NCBI GenBank assembly: GCA_043228905.1
Contig: JBHGNT010000001.1
Span: forward strand, 620,001-684,000
DNA length: 64,000 nucleotides
DNA from: Azolla caroliniana
Lineage: Eukaryota > Plantae > Polypodiophyta
Direction: 5' to 3'
Under the pieces are notes generated by a model, which was given only the letters and a program-made list of their open reading frames with translations, was not told the origin of the DNA and did not search any database. A program made the position numbers and the translations under genes. Shown here in pieces: positions 53,587 to 64,000 of the stretch (positions within the stretch are counted from its first letter, which is position 1; each line of letters begins with the position of its first letter).

Positions 53587-56500
53587 GTCTTTCGGGAGAC
53601 TCGTGAGTCGTCACTCTAGTCTCTGATTCAACAGCCGTTGCCTATGGGCCATGGCTATGGCTTCCTCTCATTGAGTCAGTCTCTCTCTCAAGTTTCTAAC
53701 TGTCTAATTTCTAACTTTTAAGCTTTTCACTAACCTAACTATTAATTCACATAAACAGCTTAACCGGTTTGAGCCGGTTTGGCAAGGCTTAAGCAAAGCG
53801 GAACCAAGCTCAAACCACTTAGGCAGGCTCAAGCCTAAGCCGAGCCACTAAGCCTTTAACAGTTTAGGCTTGAGCCGAGCCGTTGCCGATCCCTACCTTC
53901 AATTGATTGTTCCAATTCTGTACCAATTTATACCATTTCCCAAGTTCCAGATGACAATATTTTTGTTTTTCAGAATTTTGGAAACCAATTCCTTCTAGCG
54001 AACCCTTTAGGGTGATTCTTGGAGATGTGCGTGATAAGCTTTATCAGACTCGGGAGCGTTTCCGGCAGCTTTTGGCCTCTGGAAAATCTGACATACCTGA
54101 AGAGGACACGTTTATATCTAAGGAAAAGGTATTTTGTTGTAAAATGGAAAGTGGATATGTAAAATGGCATCACTCATTTATTTCTTCAAATGAAAAGGTG
54201 CTCTTTGGAAAACAAGTTTATTTGTATTGAATTGAAGACGTGCTCTTCAAAAAACAAGTTTATTTCTTTTTAATTGAAGACGTGCTATTCAAAAAACAAG
54301 TTTATTTCTTTTTAATTGCCAGACTTTTTTTATTTTAAATTCATCTTGTAGATATTGGAGCCACTAGAGCTCTGCTATCGATCACTTAATGAGACTGGTG
54401 ATAAAAGTATTGCAGAAGGACGTCTTCTGGATGTACTCCGCCAAGTTTCATGCTTTGGTCTGAGTTTAGTGAAATTAGACATTCGACAGGAATCTGATCG
54501 TCATTCTGATGTGATGGATGCAATCACTCAATATCTTGATTTGGGTTCATACAAAGAGTGGTCAGAGGAGGAGAAACAAACCTGGCTTTTATCTGAATTG
54601 CAAGGAAAACGCCCCCTTTTTGGGCGTGATTTACCTGTAACTGAGGAGATCAAGGAAGTTTTAGATACTTTTCGAGTTATATCAGAACTTCCTTATGATT
54701 CTTTCGGACCATATATCATCTCCATGGCTACAGCACCGTCAGATGTTTTGGCTGTGGAGCTTTTACAGCGTGAATGCCACATAAAACAACCTCTTCGAGT
54801 TGTTCCTCTATTCGAAAAGCTCACAGATCTTGAAAATGCACAAGCTTCCTTGATGCGCCTCTTTTCGATTGATTGGTATCGGAACAAAATAAATGGGAAG
54901 CAAGAAGTAATGCTTGGATATTCAGATTCTGGAAAAGATGCTGGGAGACTCTCAGCTGCATGGCAGGTGTTTAAAACCCAAGAAGATTGTGTTAAGGTGG
55001 CGCAGCAATTTGGAATCAAACTGACTCTCTTTCATGGTCGTGGAGGCTCAGTTGGGAGAGGTGGAGGCCCTACTCATCTTGCCATATTGTCACAGCCTCC
55101 AGATACCATTCATGGGTCTTTACGGGTCACCATCCAAGGAGAAGTTATCCAAAAATCTTTTGGAGAGGAACATTTATGTTTCCACACCTTACAACGTTTT
55201 ACTGTCGCAACCTTAGAGCATGGAATGCAACCCCCAAGATCTCCAAAACCTGAATGGAGGGCTTTGATGGATGTAATTACACCTGTAGCAACTTGTGAGT
55301 ATCGTGAAGTCGTCTTCAACAATCCCCAGTTTGTGAAGTATTTTCGTGCGGTATATATATCTCTATGAAACTCAATTATAATCACATGCATTACAATCAC
55401 TAGCTAGTCAACTATGTTTAGAATGTGGTCCTCCTGCCTTTTACAAAGTAATTATATTTTTTTAACCATTGGGTTTTGTGGAAGAATTAATTTTAAGCTG
55501 GTAAGTGTTAGTCAAAATAACAATATGAATGTTTTTTAGAATAAGCAGAATATTAGACCCAGTGCTTTAGGTGTAAAACCCACAACCATAACCCTTACAT
55601 TAACCCATCACATTTTATATTATATTTTGAAATCATAAGTTACTATGGATTTATGAAAGCCAAGCTCTCATCTTGTGCCTAGCATGTGATGTTGTGTTTC
55701 TCTGAATATCACCTTATTTTATAATCCTTTCTTATCTTATTCAGGCAACGCCTGAGCTGGAGTATGGACGAATGAATATTGGCAGCCGACCGTCTAAGCG
55801 TAAATCCAGCGGAGGCATCGAATCATTGCGTGCTATTCCCTGGATTTTTGCTTGGACTCAAACTAGGTTTCATGTACCAGTTTGGCTTGGAATTGGTTCA
55901 GCACTAACTTACGCATTACAGAAGGACAAAAACAATTTACACATGCTACAGGAAATGTATAAGGAATGGCCTTTCTTTAGAGCAACCATTGATTTGGTAG
56001 AGATGGTGTTTGCAAAAGGTGATACAAGGATTGCAGCACTATATGACAAGTATTTGGTTTCAGGGGACCTACAGCACTTTGGGATGATGTTGAGGAATAA
56101 ATACAAGGAGACTTGCAATCTTATTTTATTGGTTAGTCATCAATGTTCTTTACTAATATCCATTTCACGCATGAAAACGCCACAAAATTTTAGGAATCTA
56201 AAAGAAAAATGGTATGTTTCTGGAATTTGTTTTGATAAATAATTCCACTCAGCAAATTAAAAAAATGTGGTTGGTACATTTGTGAATGAGGCTAGGGTGT
56301 ATTTGTCTCCAAGACTGGTTATGATTCATTCTGCTTCCCATTCCTATCAAGCTGAATGACTGGATAGATTTCACTGAACCTATATTGAAAATTTGCCATT
56401 GCATATAGGTTGCTGGGCACAATGAGATCCTTCAAGGAAACCCAACATTGAAGCAACGTTTAATGCTCCGAGAACCATATATCACCATCCTGAACATCCA

Positions 56501-56687
56501 GCAAGTCCAGACGCTTAGGAAGATAAGAAGTCAAGAGGGTAGAGGCATAAAAAGCTCGCTATTCCAAGTTGGCTCAACATCTGAGCTGTCTAATTTAAAT
56601 ACAGCAACAGAATGTCCACCAGGCCTTGAGGACACTTTGATCCTGACCATGAAGGGGATTGCAGCTGGCATGCAAAACACTGGATAG
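47521..56687 (+). CDS. PPC: Plant-type phosphoenolpyruvate carboxylase
   Basis: Ten exons: 47521-47718, 50781-51181, 51357-51441, 51761-51983, 52106-52209, 52285-52372, 53974-54128, 54352-55350, 55745-56131, 56409-56687. Phosphorylation motif ERMAS, active-site VLTAHPT and [25 protein letters not shown]-terminal QNTG. The start could be the in-frame ATG at 47515. Confidence 0.96.
47950..49600 (-). mobile_element. Degenerate LINE RT remnant in PPC intron 1
   Basis: Minus strand near 49500-49570 reads [18 protein letters not shown], matching the RT motif GFR..RST.DHIFTLR.IIE. Many stops follow. Boundaries approximate. Confidence 0.6.
52664..53895. mobile_element. Non-autonomous hAT-type DNA transposon in PPC intron 6
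   Basis: 16-bp TIRs TAGGGATGGGCAACGG / CCGTTGCCGATCCCTA with one mismatch. Perfect 8-bp TSD CCTTCAAT at 52656-52663 and 53896-53903. Subterminal AACCG/GAGCCG repeats. Confidence 0.92.
54198..54320. repeat. About 41-bp minisatellite, roughly 3 copies, in a PPC intron
   Basis: GTGCTCTTCAAAAAACAAGTTTATTTCTTTTTAATTGAAGAC repeated. Confidence 0.88.
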
Positions 56688-56845
56688 TCTGTATTTGGAG
56701 GAATGTTATGGGTATGGTGAACGATCCTAGTAGATGTGCATAATAAACCCTAAAGTCTGAACTCTTCAGGACTAAGCCCTAAATCCTAAAACTTCTCAAT
56801 CATGAACTCTTAAGACCTAGTTAACCATATTTGTTTGTCTATAAA

Positions 56846-57105
56846 TAATAAATCAATATCTGAGTCCTTTAGAAAACTCAAGTTATTTTAACAGTAAAGA
56901 AATTGAAATTCAAGCACATTAAGAACAAATTACCTTAATGAAGTATGTAACAATCAGTAAATAAATCCAACTTATGTAATAAATCAACATCTGAGTCCTT
57001 GAGAGAACTCGAGTTTGATGGTAAAGAAATTGAAATTCAGACAAATGTAAGAACAGCTTACCTTTATAAGATATGTAACAATCAGTAAATAACTCCAACG
57101 TATGA
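56846..57105. repeat. About 130-bp diverged tandem duplication downstream of PPC
   Basis: ATAAATCAA.ATCTGAGTCCTT...GTAAAGAAATTGAAATTCA...ATGTAACAATCAGTAAATAA occurs twice. Confidence 0.85.
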
Positions 57106-57940
57106 TGAAAAACCACTCTTGATCAGTAAATAACTCCCAGATATGTTGGAGAAAAGCCCTGTCATATGTTCCAACAGTTGTAAGACACCATCAATTTAGA
57201 ATTTGCAAATATGTCTCTCTGCTATATTCAGTGTATATTAGTATGTACCTTTTGATCATCATTCATTACAAGTTGCAAATACTTGCAAATATGATTCTTT
57301 GCTTTATAAGTGTATGTAGCACATATGTTTTGACCATCATCAGTAGGATTTGCAGATATGATTTATCACACATGTTTGCTTGCTTAGATTTTTGCTCTTC
57401 TTGGGATGACATCTTCTGTATCAGACGTAAAGTCTAACTTGAAGTTTCAATTTGAAACACTTTTTTCACGCAACAAGACTTTTATCTGATCCTTTGGTCA
57501 ATGGCTCTAACTTATTCCAAGCCATTAATCTTCAGAGAGTTTCTTGCTTTATAATCTTTTGTTTGGTTTATTTGCTTTCAGTGGCCCTAAATGGCTACAC
57601 AGGGAGTAGAATGACACTAAGTAATATGTTGAATACACAAATCATAACAAGTTGGTTGCTTAGTTTTATGAACACAAGTTTTTAATTGTGTACTTTTAGT
57701 TAAAAGGTGAGACTACACAAGCTACTCCCACCTTCCAAACACAGGTTCATAATCAATTGCATAATTTCTACGTTCAACTCCCACCCCTGTGGGGTTCAGA
57801 AGTGGCAACAAGGATTCCATTAAGCAAATAAACATAAGGGACATGTTGTTGCCATTAGGCAGATAAAACAATATGAGACAGAGCCTTGATTCATCGTTGC
57901 ACTGTCCTGTATTGATATATGATATCATGGCCTGCTTGAA

Positions 57941-60238
57941 TTATTCCATGGCAGTATAATCAGACGTGCCCCTCACAATTCGCCTAAGATTTGACACCTC
58001 CTTCCACTGCCCAAGAATCACATGTATATTTGCTAACAATGCATCTGCCACTTTGCTGTCAGGCTCCAAAACATGAAGATTATTTGCAGCCTTCTTTCCT
58101 ACCTCCACATCCATGTGAAATCTGCATGCACTCAGCAATGTTAACCATGGTAGCATCATAGAACAGAAGGGCATCTTATGAATAAAACACTCTGCTTCTA
58201 GCAACCGACCAGCTCGACCGAGAAGATCTACCATGCAGTTGTAATGTTCTACTTCAGGCACAATGCCATGTTCCTGGGGCATCGTGGCAAAGTAATAGTA
58301 AGCCTCATCTATAAAACCCACATGGCTACATGCTTCAAGTATGCTTATGAATGTGACTTCATTCAGTATGATACCCTCTGAGCACATTCTCTTGCATAAG
58401 TGATGGATCTCTATACCATGCCCAAGCTGTGTCTGTCCAGTAATCATGGTCGTCCAAGTCACAATATCACGTTCTTTCATGTTTTGGAAAACAATTGATG
58501 ATTCTTCTAAGTGCCCACACTTGATATACATATTCATGAGGGCATTATCCACTGATACATGGGACAATGTTTCCTGGGATATAAGACAAGCATGAACCCT
58601 CTTTCCTTCAACGAGAAGTGGTTGGATGGCACATACATCCAGCATGTTTATTATAGTAGCCTCAGTTGGAACTATACTTTGTAGAAGCAATTGCTTGTAT
58701 AGTTGAAATGCCTCTTTGCAGAGACCATTTTGGCCACATGTAGATATCATTGCAGTCCAACCTACCACATTACATTTATCGCTTGCATCATGCATTTTCT
58801 GAGCATTCTCAAGATCGCCATTCTTGCCATACATACTCAAAAGTGATGTGATCAAGAAATGATCCAACAAGAATCTCCGTGCTAAAATGATAACATGCAA
58901 CCATGTTCCAATAACTAGGGCAAGCATAGAAGCACATGCCGAAACAGCTATGGAAAAGCTCACCTGATCTGGTTCGATTCCTTCCAAAAGCATCTGTTGG
59001 AAAATTTGAATAACAACTTCAACTTGCTCATGCTGCACTAAAGCTCCGAGTAAAGCATTCCATGTAACCACATTCCGTGAAGACATATCCTCAAAGATCA
59101 CCAAGGCCTCCCTTAATCTGCCCCATTTCCCATATGTACTAATTAGAGCATTTTCAATCGTAATATCTGACTCGAATTTGCAACTAGAAATAAAGGCATG
59201 CATTAGTAAGGTTTTCTGACAGCCACATATGGGAAGAAGTAATATAAAAGTGAACTTGTCTGGAAAATTACCTTCGATTTGCATTCTATAAAGAACTCCT
59301 AGAGCATCTTCAGTGAGGTCAAAACGAATGTAAGATCCGATAATAGTATTCCATGAGATGGTATTAGGTTCAAGAATCATCTTAAATGCCATCAAAGCCT
59401 CCCCAAGGAAGCCAAGCTTAGAGTACACATTAACAAGGGCTGTTCCCACCATGACATCAGAATCCATACCTATGCTTGAAATGCACGTATGCATCCATTT
59501 GCATTCACTTATAACATGTGTTAATGGATCTCCAAACGCACCTAATACAGTCAAATAAGTCACTTTGGTAGGCAACAACCCTCGTGAATACATATCTTTA
59601 TACAAGAGAAGCACATCTTTCCACTGCTTTACACTAGCATAAGCTGAAATGATAGCATTCCATGAAACTTCATTTCTGTCTTTCATCTTCTCAAACACTT
59701 TACGTGAGTCCATGAGACTACCACATTTGCTATATGTGCTTACAAGAGCACTATCTACCACAATTTCATCGTCAAACGCACAGTTTATTATGAAAACATG
59801 CATCCTTTTCGCCATATCTAAGCGAATACAAGCAGACACGAGGGACAGGAAAGAGACCTGGTTCGGAATAGTGCCTTCTTGAGTCATCTGATGGAATCTC
59901 AGATAAGTTTCATCCGAAAAAACGCCATCTTCCGCGAGAAGCTTGATCAAGATGGTCCATGAGAAGACGTTTTTTGTGTGCATATGATCGAACACAGAGA
60001 CTGCACTATGAATAGATCCACATCGACCATACATATGAACAATATAGTTTGCTAGGATGAGCTCTTGCTCCAGATTACTACAGACAATGTGGTGATGGAT
60101 GTTCATGCCTTGTTGAAGAGCTCTGGCCAAGGCGTATCTGCGCAGGAGGGCAACATATGAGGCAACGTCCATCGATCGATTTGCTTCTTCTTCTTCGTCT
60201 TCTTCTTCGCAATAGGAGCGAGGACTTGACATGCTCAT
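57941..60238 (-). CDS. PLS-class pentatricopeptide repeat protein with E domain, no DYW, intronless
   Basis: Repeated P-L-S motifs (MYGRCGSI..A..VFD.M..KNVFSWT, RNVVTWNALL, RDIVTWTTMI) and the E-class signature EHYNCMVDLLGRAGRLLEAE...WLTLLSACRFH...GQWKEV. Start uncertain: ATG 60238 or 60337. Confidence 0.93.
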   Translation of the reverse strand: MSMSSPRSYCEEEDEEEEANRSMDVASYVALLRRYALARALQQGMNIHHHIVCSNLEQELILANYIVHMYGRCGSIHSAVSVFDHMHTKNVFSWTILIKLLAEDGVFSDETYLRFHQMTQEGTIPNQVSFLSLVSACIRLDMAKRMHVFIINCAFDDEIVVDSALVSTYSKCGSLMDSRKVFEKMKDRNEVSWNAIISAYASVKQWKDVLLLYKDMYSRGLLPTKVTYLTVLGAFGDPLTHVISECKWMHTCISSIGMDSDVMVGTALVNVYSKLGFLGEALMAFKMILEPNTISWNTIIGSYIRFDLTEDALGVLYRMQIEGNFPDKFTFILLLPICGCQKTLLMHAFISSCKFESDITIENALISTYGKWGRLREALVIFEDMSSRNVVTWNALLGALVQHEQVEVVIQIFQQMLLEGIEPDQVSFSIAVSACASMLALVIGTWLHVIILARRFLLDHFLITSLLSMYGKNGDLENAQKMHDASDKCNVVGWTAMISTCGQNGLCKEAFQLYKQLLLQSIVPTEATIINMLDVCAIQPLLVEGKRVHACLISQETLSHVSVDNALMNMYIKCGHLEESSIVFQNMKERDIVTWTTMITGQTQLGHGIEIHHLCKRMCSEGIILNEVTFISILEACSHVGFIDEAYYYFATMPQEHGIVPEVEHYNCMVDLLGRAGRLLEAECFIHKMPFCSMMLPWLTLLSACRFHMDVEVGKKAANNLHVLEPDSKVADALLANIHVILGQWKEVSNLRRIVRGTSDYTAME

Positions 60239-61377
60239 GATAGTCTTAGCTCCATTGGTGTTGGGGCTTCCTCTTCTTAGAATGAAAGTAGGATTGCCCC
60301 TAGTGAGAATGATATGTATATTAACGTTTTCTAACATTTTGTACTCACACAACTCCACCTTATAATCCTCCCAAGACCCACAGTAATTATTCTGCTTTTA
60401 TTCAATGCTTGACAAGGGAGATTGAAAACAAGCTTTGTGAATGATATATTGTCAAACGTTTTTTTTTTCCAAAATGAAGCTACTTTCCCATTAGTTAGGA
60501 AGGATTTTGGAATGGGAGTCTTGTATAATAACACTTGAGAAAGTACATAGTAAATACTCTTGAATGGGATTTAACCAAACCAAAGCATTGCCTTCAAACA
60601 TGATTATCAAGTCTCCAACCAGTTTAATAACAAATATTGCTTGTCGACGAAGGAGCTTAAATTTAACATTCACATGCATATATAATATGTTATGTAATAG
60701 AAACCCATTTGCATGGCAATAGTTTTGTTATTGACGTGTGCTCATGCATCATTTCAATTTGAGATCATGCACAGCCATGGAAATTGTATCCCTAACCTAA
60801 GGATTAGAAAGGGGTAGTATGACATATTGTCAATAAAGCCACCTTACAAAAACGTGAAATGTTGGTTAAACATTACAATGGAAGAGGTAAAAAAACTAAT
60901 GAATGGCATGACAAAAAATATTTAATCGGCCAATTCTACATTACATGTGATGGGTGATGGTTTTTATTTTGTTTGGTGAAACATGAATAGTTCCAAGAAT
61001 TTCCTTTACCCTAATATGTATATAAACAACTACTTATATACAGCCCCTCCTAGATACTCAATCATGTATAGGTATGGTTATGGTTGCTAAAGTTCTAATT
61101 TTAATTGGGATATATGGATAATTGTTTTGTTAAAACTTACAAGAAAATAGTAGCTTATCTTAACTTGAAAATTGAGACTATGTTAGTTGCAACACGCACT
61201 ACTTAAGACAATCGAATGACATTGTATAGTTGACTCAAAAGTGTTTTCCGTGTGAATACTTTCTTGTAGTCAATCAAATCACATGATGAGGTGCCCCTAT
61301 TTGTTCAAGAAAACGTCATTATTACCCCTACTTCTCAATAATCAAAACATACCCTCTCATCCTAAAGATTAAAAGAA

Positions 61378-61600
61378 GGGAAAAGTACCAAGATACCCCT
61401 GGAAGTTCATCTATTTACCATAATGCCCCTAGAAGTTCCAAATTTATCAAACTACCCCTATGTCCAAAAAATTACACTTTATAAAGTAATTACAAAAAAA
61501 GTGTAATTTTTTGGACATAGGGGTAGTTTGGTAAAATTGGAACTTCTAGGGGCATTCTGATAAATAGACGAACTTCCAGGGGTATCTTGGTACTTTTCCC
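61378..61600. mobile_element. Mutator-type (MULE) foldback MITE
   Basis: About 100-bp near-perfect inverted arms GGGAAAAGTACCAAGATACCCCTGGAAGTTC... / ...GAACTTCCAGGGGTATCTTGGTACTTTTCCC. Perfect 9-bp TSD TTAAAAGAA at 61369-61377 and 61601-61609. Confidence 0.95.
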
Positions 61601-64000
61601 TTAAAAGAACACCCTTTGAATTTCAAAAATCACAAGAATAACCCTTGAACTTTCAAACTAATGGAAATACCTATTAGTAGTTACACAATTCAGTTTGATC
61701 GTTGATTATACCTAACTAAAAAACTAACAAGAATTTTAGTAGTTTAACAAAACACATAATGTGCTAAAGCATCTTGTGAAAAGCATTGTCTTTATACATC
61801 ACATTATAGACTTTAAATAATGTCCAAGCATCCGATGAATACATCGTTATGGATCCAATAGGAGTTGAACCTATAGAACAAAATAAAAAACTTTAAACCA
61901 TGTTTCGTGATCGCCATGAGACCTCTGAATGTTTAAAATTAAAACTACTTGCAACTCCTCTCTTGAAGGCATGAGCTTTTAAATCATAACATGTTGGTGC
62001 AATGGTCAAGCTCATACTTTACAACAATAAGTAAGGTTGTGAGTTCATATCTCAAGTCATTGAGATCTTGCACATTAACGATTTTCTCCCGAGAACATGG
62101 CTTTCCAAATCACTTTCAAAGTTCAACCCATGCATGATCTGAGGGTTGAAAACATGCTTGAGGTGGTGCTATACAATGTTTTATTGATAAATAATCAAAA
62201 AAGTTAGGCGTGAATTGGTGTTCTTTTTTCTCTCACAGTACATATTTATTATAAGAGGTAGTTTAAATATCAGTATTCTAATATTTAGTAACCTTTATAG
62301 GACACGTAACATTTTATTTTTGTACAAAATAATTACTTTGCTTTTACCATAGCATGATGATATTTTGTATTGTATACATATTGACACCTTCACAGGAAAC
62401 AAACAACCTTTTTTAGTTGCAATGTGTTGTACTATTTGTGCTCTCATCTCACATCAACTGATGGGAGAGTTGCAAGGCCTTTATTTTATGTGTCAACATG
62501 CTCGAAAAAGTTCAAGAACTCATCATTTCTAGATTATCTTGGATGCCACCTAGCCACTCATATGTCCATAACATATAATAACTTTTGATGTGGCTTTGCG
62601 AGAATGTCACCTAGCTCCCCTACTAGTATGCACAATATTGTCAAGATAAGTAAGAGAATTTTGTTTTGTTACATTATAAATAATGCGGTCACAAGCAAAG
62701 ACAAAAAAAGGAATCATGGATTGTTGAAAAAAAATAACAACTGGATTGCCCTATTTATTATCCACACAGAAGCACGTTATCGGATGGGAACTTATGCAGA
62801 CTCAATATGCCACCACAACAATAGTTTGACAAGGAGATGAGCTTTTGATCATGATCATGATCTCATGAAACCACAAAAGCGATCAATCTTATGATTCGAG
62901 ATGTGTTTATCCTCATTTGTCTAACGTATGTAACATTTTGCTATTGCATTTATCATCTATCCCATCTTGAAACAAAGGAATTTTTTGTGAGATACACACA
63001 CTAATGAACATTACACACTTGATTTATTATTAACTTGTTTAGAAGGAAAACAATCGAGGGAAGAGGATCGCCCATATCCATTAATATATCCTCTAGTGAT
63101 TGTTAGCCAATATGTGTGTTGCCTTATCTTTAGGAGTACTAATCTATGTGATCCCACATATATCCATTGTGCTAGTTAGTGGACTCGTGCATAATTTTTC
63201 CTACGAGAAGTTTATTAGTTTGCATTATTTTTTATAAGTTAAAAACTGGATACAAACAAATAATGGCCTTTTAGATTTGAACACCTATAACCATTGGTTT
63301 ATCATTTGGTGCAATGCTAATTATAAATAGGCTAATCCTCCACTACTTGTTAGCAATTTATTTGCTCGAAAAACGTGCATTATGTGTTTGCCCCTCCTAA
63401 ACTAAGCGTGTATATGCATTGCTTCAGTACGAATATTCGTAAAAGCAATGCTTTTGTGTACCTTGTACTTTCGTCGGCAGTTTCTTGTTTACCATTCCAT
63501 CAATGCTCACAAAATTGTTGACGAGACGATTCGGTTTCGTTTTCTAAATTCAAAGCAAAGACGAGATTAGACACATTATATTAGATATAAAGTCATTTGG
63601 AGTCAGTTTACTTGAATGACAAGTTTGGCTCTTTCTACATCGATAGTGAATGAAAAGGATGTGATGAATTATCTGAGAAACACCCACGCACACACAAAAA
63701 AACCTTTGATAGGTTGATAGGTGAGTTGGGTGGTAGAAATCTACGTAGGGATGAATATATGTCGAGACCAAGAGGCGATTGGCCCATTTGGAAATGGTCT
63801 TATTTGTTCTTGTTTTCTGTTTCTTTGTGTGTGTAAGGGGGGGGGGGGGGGGTGATCAAAAGAATAATGTTCTGAAAAATAGAAGATAATATGTCCGTCC
63901 GGTTTCACATTCGGGCGGACATTTGTGTGTGGAGGGGAAGGAAGACCGGTGATTGCCGGTGGAAAGCCACACCACATGTTTTCGTCGACTCTCTCCTTTG

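Noticed and set aside
54198-54320. CRISPR-like regular repeats
   Set aside because: Head-to-tail intronic minisatellite with no unique spacers, no cas genes, and a eukaryotic context.
55835-56480. Possible C4/CAM signature in PEPC (Met in KQRLMLR)
   Set aside because: The maize-780-equivalent residue is Ala and the maize-890-equivalent is Arg. The Met lies two residues downstream, so neither diagnostic change is present.

Overview
Eukaryotic nuclear DNA from a land plant. It is most likely a fern, inferred from the LEAFY sequence; the close gene spacing would fit a small-genome fern. Ten protein-coding genes can be reconstructed, with GT-AG introns where spliced: a SUN-domain nuclear envelope protein (-, 3' end not in window), organellar ribosomal protein bL25 (+), beta-tubulin (-), a plastid ICMT/phospholipid-methyltransferase-like protein (-), LEAFY (+), a DREB2-like AP2/ERF factor (-), a RING-finger transmembrane protein (-), cohesin loader MAU2/SCC4 (+), plant-type PEP carboxylase (+) and a PLS-E PPR protein (-). 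Introns and intergenic DNA hold LINE and copia remnants, a solo-LTR-like element, a hAT element with an 8-bp TSD, a Mutator-type MITE with a 9-bp TSD, telo-box-like arrays and tandem duplications. The most striking observation is in LEAFY. The conserved N-terminus (canonical MDP(E)xF...LF(K/R)W) is intact but starts with CTG rather than ATG, in strong initiation context, with no upstream in-frame ATG and with nearby short ORFs. This suggests non-AUG, translationally controlled LFY initiation. A second notable item is a 14-15-aa tandem repeat (QGWQL..VDDIH) in the N-terminus of the DREB2-like protein. All calls come from reading the sequence; no database searches were run.
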